The notes: generated by a model from the letters alone, not told the origin. Shown: positions 1 through 11,104, counted from the first letter of the whole stretch. The stretch: DNA of 62,679 bases, filler included, from a bacterium (GCA_027063545.1; 19 parts of 19 records of this genome joined end to end with filler, not necessarily neighbours in it); one strand, 5' to 3'. Translations and numbers: made by a program.

Positions 1-474
1 GGATATGTATATCTTATGTTACCTTTATATCTTCTTATAAAAGGTGATGTAATAGCAAGAGCTATAGGATTTGGTTATCATTTTATTTTATTTTATACCT
101 TAATTATATGGATTAATGATACTATGGCTTATTTTTCTGGAAGACTTTTGGGTAAACATCACTTTTCTTTTATTAGTCCTAAAAAAACAATAGAAGGTGT
201 AATAGGGGGGGTGTTATTTTCTATAATATTTTCTATAATTTATCACTATTATTTTAATTTTTTAAGCTTAAAACATGTAATCATTATAAGCTTTCTTGTT
301 AGCATTATTGCTGTTAGTGGAGACTTATTTGAAAGTGCTTTAAAAAGAGATAAAGGAATTAAAGACTCTAGTAATATTATCCCCGGTCATGGAGGAATAT
401 TAGATAGATTTGATGCTTTTATTTACACAGCTGCTATTTATTATTTATATTTTTATTTATTTTTGTTCTCTTAA
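1..474 (+). CDS. cdsA: Phosphatidate cytidylyltransferase (5' partial)
   Basis: DTMAYFSG, ISPKKTIEG, GDLFESALKR..IKDSS.IIPGHGGILDRFD motifs; frame open from base 1; directly upstream of dxr. Confidence 0.93.
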   Translation, partial: GYVYLMLPLYLLIKGDVIARAIGFGYHFILFYTLIIWINDTMAYFSGRLLGKHHFSFISPKKTIEGVIGGVLFSIIFSIIYHYYFNFLSLKHVIIISFLVSIIAVSGDLFESALKRDKGIKDSSNIIPGHGGILDRFDAFIYTAAIYYLYFYLFLFS

Positions 475-489
475 AAAATGGAATAAGAT

Positions 490-1559
490 ATGAAGAGAAA
501 AATAGCAATTCTTGGGGCTACAGGTACAATTGGACAAGCTGCTATTGATATAATATCAAAATATCCAGATAAATTTGAAATCTATTCATTAGCAGTAAAT
601 TCTAATATTGATAGATTAAAAGAACTTGTCATAAAATTTAAACCTAAAGAAGTTACTATATTTTCTGAAGAATATTATAATAAATTCAAAGAAGAATTTT
701 CTCCTGAATATAATCTAAAAATTTATCATTCAATTGAAGGTTTAAATATATTAGCATCAAATCCTGAAGTGGACATTGTTATAATTAGTGTAGTGGGTGC
801 TATAGGACTTTATCCTACTATTACTGCTATAAAAAATGAAAAACATGTAGCATTGGCTAATAAAGAAACTCTTGTAATTGGTGGAGAATTAATAAATAAT
901 CTCCTAAATAAATATCCTAAGGCTAAACTTCTTCCTATAGATTCTGAACATTCTGCTATATTACAATGTTTAGAGGCTGCTAATAATAATCCTATAGAAA
1001 AAATAATAATAACTGCAAGTGGTGGACCTTTTGTTGATATAGATAAAAATAAATTTAAAGATATTAGTGTTGAAATGGCTTTAAAACATCCTACTTGGAA
1101 TATGGGTAAGAAAATAACAATAGACTCATCTACATTAATAAATAAAGGTCTAGAAATAATTGAGGCCCACTATTTATTTAATATAGAATATAATAAAATA
1201 GAACCTATTATTCATAGACAAAGTATTATTCATTCTATGGTGGAATTTGAAGATGGAAGTATAATTGCACAATTAAGTATTACTGACATGAAACTACCTA
1301 TTCTTTATGCGTTAACATACCCTAAAAGATATAAAACTAATCTTAAATTAAATCTATATGAAATATCCAAATTAACATTTGAAAAAGTTGATTTTGATAA
1401 ATTCAGAGGATTAAAATTAGCTATAGAGGCTGGCAAAAAAGGTAATATATATACTATTATCTTTAATGCTGCAGATGAAGTAGCAGTAGATGCTTTTTTA
1501 AATAAAAAAATTCGTTATGACCAAATTGTAAATGTTATTGAAGAAACTTTAAATAGTTA
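490..1559 (+). CDS. dxr: 1-deoxy-D-xylulose 5-phosphate reductoisomerase (3' truncated)
   Basis: LGATGTIG, LANKETLV, PIDSEHSA, TASGGPF, HPTWNMGKKITIDSSTLINKGLE motifs. Confidence 0.97.
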
Positions 1560-1659
1560 NNNNNNNNNNNNNNNNNNNNNNNNNNNNNNNNNNNNNNNNN
1601 NNNTTAATTAATTAANNNNNNNNNNNNNNNNNNNNNNNNNNNNNNNNNNNNNNNNNNNN
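1560..1659. other. Artificial contig linker (N44-TTAATTAATTAA-N44); identical 100-nt linkers start at 3933, 6293, 8653, 11005, 13353, 15681, 29020, 31324, 33627, 35925, 42051, 49209, 51501, 53790, 56020, 58249, 60467
   Basis: Fixed-length N runs around a 12-mer giving stops in all six frames; genes are cut at each linker. Confidence 0.99.
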
Positions 1660-2315
1660 ATTTAGAATTTATAGGCGAGATGAGGGGCTTAAAAGGAAAA
1701 AAATTAAAAGAGAGAATGGATTATGTTATAGAACTTGTTGGTCTTGAAGAGAATATTAATAAACTAATAGGTCATTTATCAAAAGGATTTAAGCAAAGGG
1801 TTGGAATAGCCCAAAGTATTCTTCATGATCCAGATATTTTAATCTTAGATGAACCAACAGTTGGTCTTGATCCTAACCAAGTAATTGAAATAAGAAATTT
1901 AATAAAAGAAATAGGAAAAGAAAAAACAGTAATTCTTAGTTCTCATATACTTTCAGAGGTAGAGGCAACAACAAATAGAGTGGTTATAATAAATAAAGGA
2001 GAACTTGTTGCTCAAGGAACACCAGAAGAACTTGTTCAGACAATATCAGAAGGAGAGTATTTTATTGTAGAACTAGAAGGTGAGGATAAATCAGAAATAG
2101 AAAATAGGTTTAAAAGTTTTTCAGATATAAAAAGTTATAAGATTGAAAAGCAAGAAGAAGGGTGGTTTAGAATAACCTTATATCCAAAAAGAAAAGATAA
2201 AAATAATGGTAAATTAATATTTGAATTTATAAAAGATAATAATCTAATAATAAGAGAACTTAGACGTGAGGTAATAGATTTAGAGGACATATTTGTTCAA
2301 TTAACAAAAAACTAA
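1660..2315 (+). CDS. ABC transporter ATP-binding subunit, GldA-like (5' partial; N-terminal half at 49309-49731)
   Basis: LSKGFKQRVG signature, ILILDEPTVGLDP Walker B, SSHILSEVE H-loop. Confidence 0.9.
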
Positions 2316-2330
2316 AAATGGAGTAAGGAT

Positions 2331-3062
2331 ATGAAGAATGTAATAGATTCAACCTTATGGACTTTATTTAAAAAGGAGTTAAAAACCTATTTTATTCTTC
2401 CTATAGCATATATATTTATAACTACATATATAGTGGTTAATTTTTATCTATTTTTTAAATCATTTTTTGTTGTTAATCAAGCAGATATGAGGCAGTTTTT
2501 TGAACTTCAACCAATAATGCTTCTGTTTTTTATTCCTGCTTTAACAATGAGGCTATGGGCAGAAGAGAAGAAAGAAGGTACATTTGAATATTTAATGACT
2601 CTTCCTTCTAATGAATGGAATTTTATTTTAGGAAAGTTTTTTTCATCATGGGTATTTATGTTAATAGTAATATTTTTTACACTGCCTCTTTATATTACAG
2701 TAAGTATTTTAGGAAATCCAGATCATGGAGTAATAATAGCAAGTTATATTGGCTTAATTCTTCTATCAGGTAGTTATATATCAATAGGACTTTTTATATC
2801 TTCATTAACATACAATCAAATAGTTAGTTTTATTTTAAGTGTTGTAGTACTATTCTCTTTATGGATAATAGGTGAGAAGATTGTTTTATATACAGTTCCA
2901 AGTTCTATTGCAAATATTTTAGAGTATGTAGGATTAGGTAGTCATTATGATAGTCTTCAAAGAGGAGTGATAGATTTAAGGGATATTGTATATTATTTAT
3001 CTGTTATGGTTTTATTTCTATTCTTAAATAAGTTAAGTTTAGAAACAAGAAAATGGGAGTAG
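2331..3062 (+). CDS. ABC-2 permease, GldF-like
   Basis: Multi-TM protein; PALTMRLWAEEKKEGTFEYLMTLP and RGVIDLRDIVYY motifs. Confidence 0.85.
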   Translation: MKNVIDSTLWTLFKKELKTYFILPIAYIFITTYIVVNFYLFFKSFFVVNQADMRQFFELQPIMLLFFIPALTMRLWAEEKKEGTFEYLMTLPSNEWNFILGKFFSSWVFMLIVIFFTLPLYITVSILGNPDHGVIIASYIGLILLSGSYISIGLFISSLTYNQIVSFILSVVVLFSLWIIGEKIVLYTVPSSIANILEYVGLGSHYDSLQRGVIDLRDIVYYLSVMVLFLFLNKLSLETRKWE

Positions 3063-3066
3063 AGAT

Positions 3067-3932
3067 ATGGAATATAGAAGAGAAAATAAAAAGATAATAA
3101 GGCTTTTAGATTTAATAATCTTACTTTTGGTACTTTTTATCATAAACTTCTTTGTTTATAATAATTCAAAAAGAATTGATCTAACAAGTACAAAGTTCTA
3201 TACACTTTCAAAAGGAACAAAAAATATTCTCTCTCAACTTGATGATAGGGTAAATATTATCTGTTATTTCTCAAAGAATCTTCCACCTTATTTAAAGGTT
3301 ATGGAGAAAGATATAAAGGATATATTAGATGAATATAGAATAGCATCAAAGGGTAAAGTTATAGTTAAGTTTATAGATCCAGAGATAGACAAAAATACAG
3401 AAAACAAAGCAAAAGGTTATGGTATTCCTAAGATTCAAATGAATTATTTTGATAATGAAAAAATAGAGGTTAAACAGGGGTATTTAGGTATTGTAATTTT
3501 GTATAAGGATAAGCATGAGGTTATACCTGTTGTTAGTAGTATAGAAAATTTAGAGTATGAACTTTCTTCAAAGATTAAAAAACTTATGAGAAAAAATCCT
3601 ATAGAGATTGGATATTTAAACTTAGATGGTTCTCCAAAAATGGAAAAGCCTTCTTGGACAAACCCTAATCCTAAGGGAGGCCCCCTTTCTATTTTAAAAG
3701 ATTTTATAGAAAAGAATTATAAACTTGTTATTTTAGATAAACACAATAAAAATGGTATTCCATCTAGTATAAAAACTCTTATTATAGTAAATCCTAAAAC
3801 AATAGATGATAGAACACTTTTTGAGATTGACCAATTTCTTCTTTCGGGAGGAAATTTGATTATCTTTGATAATAGTTTTGTAAGGAATGGTATTCAAGGT
3901 GTTGTAAAAACAAATAACTTAAATAGATTATT
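3067..3932 (+). CDS. GldG-like ABC auxiliary component (3' truncated)
   Basis: N-terminal TM, RIDLT..KFYTLS..TK, LEYELSSKI, EIDQFLLSGGNLII motifs. Confidence 0.85.
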
Positions 3933-4032
3933 NNNNNNNNNNNNNNNNNNNNNNNNNNNNNNNNNNNNNNNNNNNNTTAATTAATTAANNNNNNNNNNNN
4001 NNNNNNNNNNNNNNNNNNNNNNNNNNNNNNNN

Positions 4033-5099
4033 TAGTATTGAGTGTTTTTGATGAACTTATAAGAAGGGGTAAGAATCCAAAGGATCTAAAGCCTCTTGCT
4101 AGTAAATTAATAAATGTTTTTTATGAAGTATTAAAGGATTTTAAATCACCAACCCCACCAGAGAATAGTATTATTGATATATTAATGAAAGAAAATAGAG
4201 AAATAGAAAAAAGGCTTGATAGTATAAAACCTAAACTAACAGAACTTAATAAATATAAAGATGAGGAATTCAAAAATAAGGTTGATAAGGTAATTGAAGA
4301 GATTCTAAAGTTAAAAGAGGCGGATAAGCATTATTTAAAAAAAGAGAATATTTTATTTCCAGTTTTGGAGCAGATTTGGAATAATCATAGGTGCTTTCAG
4401 ATAATGTGGAGTATTCATGATGATATAAGAGAGAGTTTAAAAAAATTAGAAAACTACTATAAGAATAAAACCTACGATAGAGCAACTCTTTATATTGAGT
4501 TTGGAAAACTCTATTTTAGTATGTATGATATGATAATAAGAGAAAATTTGATTGTTTATCCTGTAGCCATAGAAACCTTAACAAATGATTTACTTGATAA
4601 GATGTATGAGGATATGTTTGAGATAGGATTTTGCTTTATTGAGCCTCCTTCAAAAAAGAAAAGGGAAACAAAAGAGAGAAAAATAGAAGATGGAGTTATA
4701 GAGTTTGAAACAGGCCGTCTTAGTATAAAACAACTTGAAAATATGTTAAATACACTTCCTGTTGATATATCTTTTGTTGATAAAGATGATAGAGTGGTTT
4801 ATTTTTCAAATCCAAAGGATAGAATATTTTTAAGATCAAAGGCAATTTTAGGTAGAACTGTTCAAAATTGTCATCCACCAGAAAGTATTCATATAGTAAA
4901 TAAGATACTTGACGATTTTAAAAATGGCAGAAAAGATAGTTATGAGTTTTGGATAAATTTTAAAGGAAGATTTATTTATATCCAATATTTTGCAGTACGA
5001 GATGAAGAGGGAAATTATTTAGGGACCTTAGAGGTAACACAGGATGTAACCCACATAAGAGAGTTAAAGGGAGAGAAAAGGTTAATTAGTGAAGAGTAG
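4033..5099 (+). CDS. DUF438/hemerythrin-like plus PAS_10 domain protein (5' partial)
   Basis: HYLKKENILFP, MWSIHDDIR; C-terminal LPVDISFVDKDD..GRTVQNCHPPES. Confidence 0.8.
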
Positions 5100-5143
5100 G
5101 TTAAAAATTAGTATAATTTAAAATAAAATATTATTTTTTGGTT

Positions 5144-5998
5144 ATGGGAAAGAAATATATAGGAGCTCATGTTAGTGCTGCAGGTGGTGTTGAAAATGCA
5201 CCTTTAAATGCTCATGAAATAGGAGCAAAAGCCTTTGCGTTATTTACTAAAAATCAAAAGCAGTGGTTTGCCAAGGATTTAACAAAAGAGAGTATTGAAC
5301 TTTTTAAAAAAAGGTGCGAAGATTTTGGATATACACCAGATGTTATTTTACCCCATGATGCTTATTTGATAAATATAGGAAATCCAGATAAGGAAAAAAG
5401 GGAACTATCTTTAAGAAGTTTTGTTCATGAGGCTCATAGGGTTGAGGCGTTGGGTCTTAAATATCTTAACTTTCATCCGGGAAGTCATTTAAATAAAACT
5501 AAAAGTGAAGAAAAAGGGCTTAATATAATAATAGAATCTTTAAATATTGCATTAAAGAAAACAGAAAGCGTTATTTTTGTTATAGAGACAACAGCAGGGC
5601 AGGGTACAAATCTAGGATATAGATTTGAGCATATAAGATATATAATAGATAATGTAGATGACAAATCTAGGATTGGAGTTTGTATTGATACTGCTCATAT
5701 CTTTGAGTCAGGATATGATATTCGAGACAAAAACTCTTATGAAAAAACAATGGAGGAGTTTGATAGAGTAATTGGATTTAAATATTTAAAAGGGGTTCAT
5801 TTAAATGATTCAAAAACTCCTCTTGGTTCAAGGGTTGATAGACACGAATCTATAGGAAAGGGGCATATTGGTATTGATGCTTTTAGATTTTTGGTTAATG
5901 ATCCTCGTTTTAATAATATTCCATTAATTCTTGAAACACCAAAAAAAGATCTTTGGCCAGAGGAAATAAAACTACTTTATAGTTTAATTGAGGAATAG
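5144..5998 (+). CDS. nfo: Endonuclease IV
   Basis: [53 protein letters not shown]. Confidence 0.96.
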   Translation: MGKKYIGAHVSAAGGVENAPLNAHEIGAKAFALFTKNQKQWFAKDLTKESIELFKKRCEDFGYTPDVILPHDAYLINIGNPDKEKRELSLRSFVHEAHRVEALGLKYLNFHPGSHLNKTKSEEKGLNIIIESLNIALKKTESVIFVIETTAGQGTNLGYRFEHIRYIIDNVDDKSRIGVCIDTAHIFESGYDIRDKNSYEKTMEEFDRVIGFKYLKGVHLNDSKTPLGSRVDRHESIGKGHIGIDAFRFLVNDPRFNNIPLILETPKKDLWPEEIKLLYSLIEE

Positions 5999-6001
5999 AT
6001 T

Positions 6002-6292
6002 ATGGGAAAGTTAGTAATACTTAATAAATCTAACAAAAAGATTTTAGAAACACTATGTTTAGAATTTTTTGATATAGAGGCTTTTGTTGAGGACTTATCA
6101 GTTGATGAGATAAAAGAGGTAATTAAGAATCTTCCTTCAGAGTGTTTAAAGTTAAGATTTACTTTTTATAATATTGAATATGGAGATAATGTAAGAAGGC
6201 TAATATTAAACCAAAAGCCTCTTTATAAAGCTGGAATAATATATGATGATATAGATTATATTGTTAATGATACAGATTTTTTTGTTTCAGAT
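6002..6292 (+). CDS. Hypothetical protein (3' truncated)
   Basis: ORF starting 3 nt after the nfo stop, GAGG upstream. Confidence 0.55.
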
Positions 6293-6392
6293 NNNNNNNN
6301 NNNNNNNNNNNNNNNNNNNNNNNNNNNNNNNNNNNNTTAATTAATTAANNNNNNNNNNNNNNNNNNNNNNNNNNNNNNNNNNNNNNNNNNNN

Positions 6393-6903
6393 AAGAAAAC
6401 TTCCCCATTCACTGGTTGAATCTTTTAAATCCACTTTAGAGGTTACAAAGGAAGCTGATTTGATTTTAGTTTTAATTGATGGTTCTGCTTCCAATATTAA
6501 TGATCAAATAAAAGTAGTAAAAAATACTCTAAAAGAGATTGGGGTAGATAATACAATAAAAATGCTATACGTATTTAATAAAATAGATAAGTTATCTGAA
6601 GAGGATTTGATTGTATTAGAGAATAAGTATAAAGATGCTGTTTTTATATCAGTAAAGCAAAAAATTAATATAGATAAATTGCTTGATAAAATAGTTGAGT
6701 TAAAGAATTTATATTATGAAAGTATTTTTGTAACATATAATTATGATTTTTACAAATATTTAGAAAGAAATAAGGATAGATTTGACGCTGTTTCAATAGT
6801 GGAAAAAGAAGGGGAGCTTTTCATTTATATCAAATATAAAAAAGAATTAAAAGAATACATATTGAATATTATTGATAAATGGGAAGTTAGAGTTGATCAG
6901 TAA
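6393..6903 (+). CDS. hflX: GTPase HflX, C-terminal part (5' partial)
   Basis: Frame open from contig start: RKLPHSLVESFKSTLE..EADL, then NKIDKL and FISVK. Confidence 0.9.
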
Positions 6904-7771
6904 AGAAATTAAATATTTAATAAATCCTATTCATAAATCTAAGCTAGATTTATATATAAAGGATATATTTTCAGGAAAATTAAGTGGGGAATTTAAAAGT
7001 TTATTATCAGGATATTCTTCCGATTTTTTAGAATATAAGGAATATAATTATGGAGATAGTATAAACTTAATAGATTGGAAAGTATTTGCAAGAAAAGAGA
7101 AGCTTTATATAAAGAAGTTTCAACATTATTCTGATAGTAATATTTATTTTGTTTTAGATTCATCAGAAAGTATGTCTTATAGAGAAAAATTTTCTAAATT
7201 TGAGTATGGATTTTTATTAGTCTCTATTTTAAGTTTAATTTTTTCCTTTTATAGGAATAGAGTATTTTTGATAACTTATATAAATAATAGATATGTACAA
7301 TTGAAAATTGATAGTATTAAGGAGCTATATAAAACAATTGATATTTTATCTAAAACTCATTATAGTGCTTCCTTTTTTTCTAACATAATTGAGAATAAAA
7401 ACTTTTTTTTAAGTATATCTTCAAATAGTATAGTATTTCTTTTATCAGATTTTATGGAAGATGAAAAAATAATATTAGAGTTTTATAAATTATTAGAGCA
7501 TAAGACCAAAAGATTTTATGGTATACAAATAATTACAAATGATGAATTAAATTTAAATTTTGATGAAAATATAAATTTAGTAGATATTGAAAATAAAGAA
7601 GAAAGTTATTTTTTAGAAAGTAAAAGTTTAAAAAGAAAATATATAGAAGAAGTAAATAGATGGATGAATAATTTAAAAAAAATTTTTACCAAAAGATATA
7701 ATCGTTTATTTATTTATAATATGGAAGAGCCTTCAATATTTGCTATAAAATTAATAAAAGAGATAAATTAA
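6872..7771 (+). CDS. DUF58 (VWA-like, MoxR-associated) protein
   Basis: G..SDFLEYKEY..GD...IDWKVFAR..KLYIKKF, LDSSESM, LSDF; true start may be TTG 6893. Confidence 0.85.
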   Translation: MINGKLELISKEIKYLINPIHKSKLDLYIKDIFSGKLSGEFKSLLSGYSSDFLEYKEYNYGDSINLIDWKVFARKEKLYIKKFQHYSDSNIYFVLDSSESMSYREKFSKFEYGFLLVSILSLIFSFYRNRVFLITYINNRYVQLKIDSIKELYKTIDILSKTHYSASFFSNIIENKNFFLSISSNSIVFLLSDFMEDEKIILEFYKLLEHKTKRFYGIQIITNDELNLNFDENINLVDIENKEESYFLESKSLKRKYIEEVNRWMNNLKKIFTKRYNRLFIYNMEEPSIFAIKLIKEIN

Positions 7772-7773
7772 AT

Positions 7774-8652
7774 ATGATAAATAAAAACAATACTTTATTA
7801 GAAGTAAAAAACTTAGAGGTTAAGTTTTTTTTAAAAAACAAGATTATCCACGCAGTTAATAAAGTAAATTTTAAAGTTAATAGGGGAGAGATAGTATCAT
7901 TTGTGGGAGAATCTGGGTGTGGAAAAAGTGTAACAGCTTTATCTATATTAAGGCTCATAAAACCTCCGGGAAAAATTGTTAATGGAAAAATTTTATTTAA
8001 CGGCAAGGATTTATTAAAACTAAAAGAGCAGGAAATAAGAAAGATAAGGGGAAAAGATATTTCTATAATTTTTCAGGATCCCATGACAAGTTTAAATCCT
8101 GTATTTAAGGTTGGCGAACAGATAAGAGAAGTAATAACAACGCATTATCCTTATATATCTAAAAAAGAAAGTAAACAAATGGTTATTGAGCTATTGGAAA
8201 AATTAAAAATTCCTAAAGAAAGATATAATTCTTATCCATTCGAACTATCTGGAGGGATGAGACAACGAATTATGATAGCTATGGCTATAATACTAAAGCC
8301 ATCATTAATTATTGCTGATGAGCCAACAACCGCATTAGATATATCTGTACAGCGGGAAATTATTGATTTACTTTTAAAATTGAAGGAAGAATTAAATTTA
8401 TCTATTATTTTTATTACTCACGATTTAAGAATAGTAAACTATATTTCTGACAGGGTATATATTATGTATGCAGGTAAAATTATAGAGGAGGGAAATAAAG
8501 ATGAAATATTTAGAAATCCTTTACATCCTTATACACAAGCCCTTTTAAATTCTATTCCCAAGATAGGTGGTAATAGGAGACTTTATTCTATACCCGGAAG
8601 TGTTCTTAATCTATGGAATTTACCAGAAAATTGTTATTTTTATAATAGATGT
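7774..8652 (+). CDS. Oligopeptide/dipeptide ABC transporter ATP-binding protein, OppD/DppD family (3' truncated)
   Basis: GESGCGKS, IFQDPMTSLNP, LSGGMRQR, ADEPTTALD, HPYTQALL. Confidence 0.92.
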
Positions 8653-8752
8653 NNNNNNNNNNNNNNNNNNNNNNNNNNNNNNNNNNNNNNNNNNNNTTAA
8701 TTAATTAANNNNNNNNNNNNNNNNNNNNNNNNNNNNNNNNNNNNNNNNNNNN

Positions 8753-10870
8753 CTGATTAAAACAGATGAATATGGTGACAATAAATATGGTCAAAGTGTT
8801 AATGATTTGTACATACATTTATATGAAAAAAAATATCAATTTTCAATAAGACATAAACCTAATATAGTATTAGTAAAAGAAAAATATAAATATGAAAAAT
8901 ATTTTATTGCTTCTATTTTTGGTCAATTTCTTGAAGATAAAGAATTTGACTATTTTGAAGAAAATTTTAATGAAATATTTGAACCAAATGAGATAACCTT
9001 AGATGGTAAATCATTAGCTGAACTTTATTCAAATCATTATTTTACACCTTTAGATATTGGACATGCAAAAATAGATATAAACTCTCATGAAAAAACTCCT
9101 GACCCTCGGTTATTTATACTCGATATTAAAGAGACTAAAGATTTAATAGATTTTTGGAATTTAAGAATTATTTATAGAGAAATAATACCTATTCCTAAAC
9201 AATGGATAGAAGAACTTTCTTCTTTCTGCAAAAATTTTATAAAAAAACATTATCGTCCATCTCCCTGGCAAAAAGATTATATGTTTCATTCTACTACAAT
9301 GTTTTCTCGATCTATTTCAGAAGAAAAAGCAAAAAATATTTATAAAGATTATATTGAAGTAGATATTCAAGGAGCAAATCATATACAATATTGGTATCCA
9401 AATATTCAAATACAGAAATCTAATTGGGTTGCTAGATTCAGAAGACCTATATTAAAATACGATGAAGTAAAAAAAGAAATAAACTTATCTGAAAGTGATA
9501 ATAATCAGATTTATTTTGATACATTATCTCCTGACTTTGCAAAAAAATATGATAATAAAATTCGTTGGGCAAATGTTATAAATATTGAAGATAGAAGTTT
9601 TAAAAATAAAATAGCTACTAATTTTCCTACCAATTATAGAGATCCTATTTTTCCAAAATTTAATTTTTATAGAGAGCTTTTACTTCCCACTACCGAAGGG
9701 TTAACTATATTTCCTGAATATATCAATGAAACCCATAGATGGAGATTAGAAAATGGAACAAAAACCATTAATCAATGGTTAGATAAATATAACATAAAAG
9801 CAGTTGTATCTGATGCCGGAAAAGCTACACAACAAATTATTGATACTATTGGTGGAGTAGCACAGGTATTTAGTCTAACAAATAAAAATGTTATTGAACA
9901 ACTTAATAAAATGGCGAATACCCCGTTAACAAGAAGTTTTCAAATCAATAAATTTGAAAATGAAATTAATAAGAATATAAAAAAAAGCCCATATGGACAT
10001 ACTCGTTCGGAGATATTAGTTTCACAAAAAATTGTTGAACTTGGCTTAGAGCTAAAGTGTTCTAAATGTGACAGTTGGAATTGGTATGCATTAAATAGTC
10101 TTGATTATAACTTAACATGTAACAGATGTTTAAAAGAATTTAATTTTCCTGTTACTAAACCAACAAAATCTGATTTTTCAAGATGGGCATATAGAGTTAT
10201 TGGAGCTTTTGCTTTACCCGATTATGCAAGAGGAGGCTATGCTGCATCTTTGGCTATTCACTTTTTTGAACGAAATATTGGGTTTTCTAATGATTTAACT
10301 ATTACTTGGTCAGGTGGACAAGAATTAACACTAAAATCAGGAGAAAAAGCTGAATCTGATTTTATTCTTTGGACTCAAAAAAAAGAAATTCTTGATTTGC
10401 ATAAGTCCACAGACATAGTATTTGGAGAAGCAAAAAGTTTCGCTAAAGATGCATTCAAAGATTCTGATATACAAAAAATGAAATTACTTGCTGAAACATT
10501 TCCAAAATCAATACTTGTTTTTGCAACAATGAAAGAATTTAAAGATTTTTCAGATGATGAAATTAATAGATTAAAAGAGTTAGCAGAATGGGGACGAGGT
10601 TATGATAATAAAAATAAAGAAATAAGAGCCTATATTATGATATTAACAGGCTTAGAACTTTTTATAGATGATTATGGTGGACTTTCAAGAACTTGGGAAC
10701 AAAAAGGTGGAAAACATCAAGAATTAATTACATCTTCCGCAACCAAATATAATATTCATAATTTAAAATTTTTAGCTGAGCTAACTCAACAAATATATTT
10801 AGATATGCCATCTTATTATGATGGATTATATATACAAAATAGACAACAAAACCTAGCACCGAACAGGTAA
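8753..10870 (+). CDS. Large uncharacterised protein (>=705 aa, 5' partial) with C4 Zn ribbon and C-terminal PD-(D/E)xK-like nuclease motif
   Basis: Frame open from contig start; CSKC-x16-CNRC; ESDFILW...IVFGEAKS. Confidence 0.7.
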   Translation: MIKTDEYGDNKYGQSVNDLYIHLYEKKYQFSIRHKPNIVLVKEKYKYEKYFIASIFGQFLEDKEFDYFEENFNEIFEPNEITLDGKSLAELYSNHYFTPLDIGHAKIDINSHEKTPDPRLFILDIKETKDLIDFWNLRIIYREIIPIPKQWIEELSSFCKNFIKKHYRPSPWQKDYMFHSTTMFSRSISEEKAKNIYKDYIEVDIQGANHIQYWYPNIQIQKSNWVARFRRPILKYDEVKKEINLSESDNNQIYFDTLSPDFAKKYDNKIRWANVINIEDRSFKNKIATNFPTNYRDPIFPKFNFYRELLLPTTEGLTIFPEYINETHRWRLENGTKTINQWLDKYNIKAVVSDAGKATQQIIDTIGGVAQVFSLTNKNVIEQLNKMANTPLTRSFQINKFENEINKNIKKSPYGHTRSEILVSQKIVELGLELKCSKCDSWNWYALNSLDYNLTCNRCLKEFNFPVTKPTKSDFSRWAYRVIGAFALPDYARGGYAASLAIHFFERNIGFSNDLTITWSGGQELTLKSGEKAESDFILWTQKKEILDLHKSTDIVFGEAKSFAKDAFKDSDIQKMKLLAETFPKSILVFATMKEFKDFSDDEINRLKELAEWGRGYDNKNKEIRAYIMILTGLELFIDDYGGLSRTWEQKGGKHQELITSSATKYNIHNLKFLAELTQQIYLDMPSYYDGLYIQNRQQNLAPNR

Positions 10871-10897
10871 ACCTGTCGGTGAAGTCAGTCGTTGCTC
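10841..10897 (+). mobile_element. Putative integron attC recombination site (57 bp)
   Basis: R'' AGACAAC, 5-nt spacer, L'' CTAGCACC (8 nt), stem GAACAGGT-AA-ACCTGTC with one extra A, L' GGTGAAG (7 nt), 6-nt spacer, R' GTTGCTC. Confidence 0.65.
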
Positions 10898-10921
10898 TGG
10901 ACGCTACGCATCCAGCCCAAC

Positions 10922-10950
10922 TTGACAAAACAATCAAATAATATTAAAAT
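10922..10950 (+). promoter_or_regulatory. Sigma70-type promoter TTGACA-N17-TAAAAT
   Basis: Consensus -35, 17-nt spacer, near-consensus -10. Confidence 0.5.
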
Positions 10951-11104
10951 ACATTGTATATATAAAAGTATTAGGATATAAATGTGTTTAAAAGTAAAAC
11001 TATANNNNNNNNNNNNNNNNNNNNNNNNNNNNNNNNNNNNNNNNNNNNTTAATTAATTAANNNNNNNNNNNNNNNNNNNNNNNNNNNNNNNNNNNNNNNN
11101 NNNN

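Noticed and set aside
1604-1615. TTAATTAATTAA recurring 18 times, often about 2.3 kb apart, as a repeat array
   Set aside because: Always centred in N44 flanks; an artificial six-frame-stop linker, not biology
10728-10937. 69-aa minus-strand ORF across the hairpins
   Set aside because: Antisense to the large gene and attC site; no SD or recognisable motif
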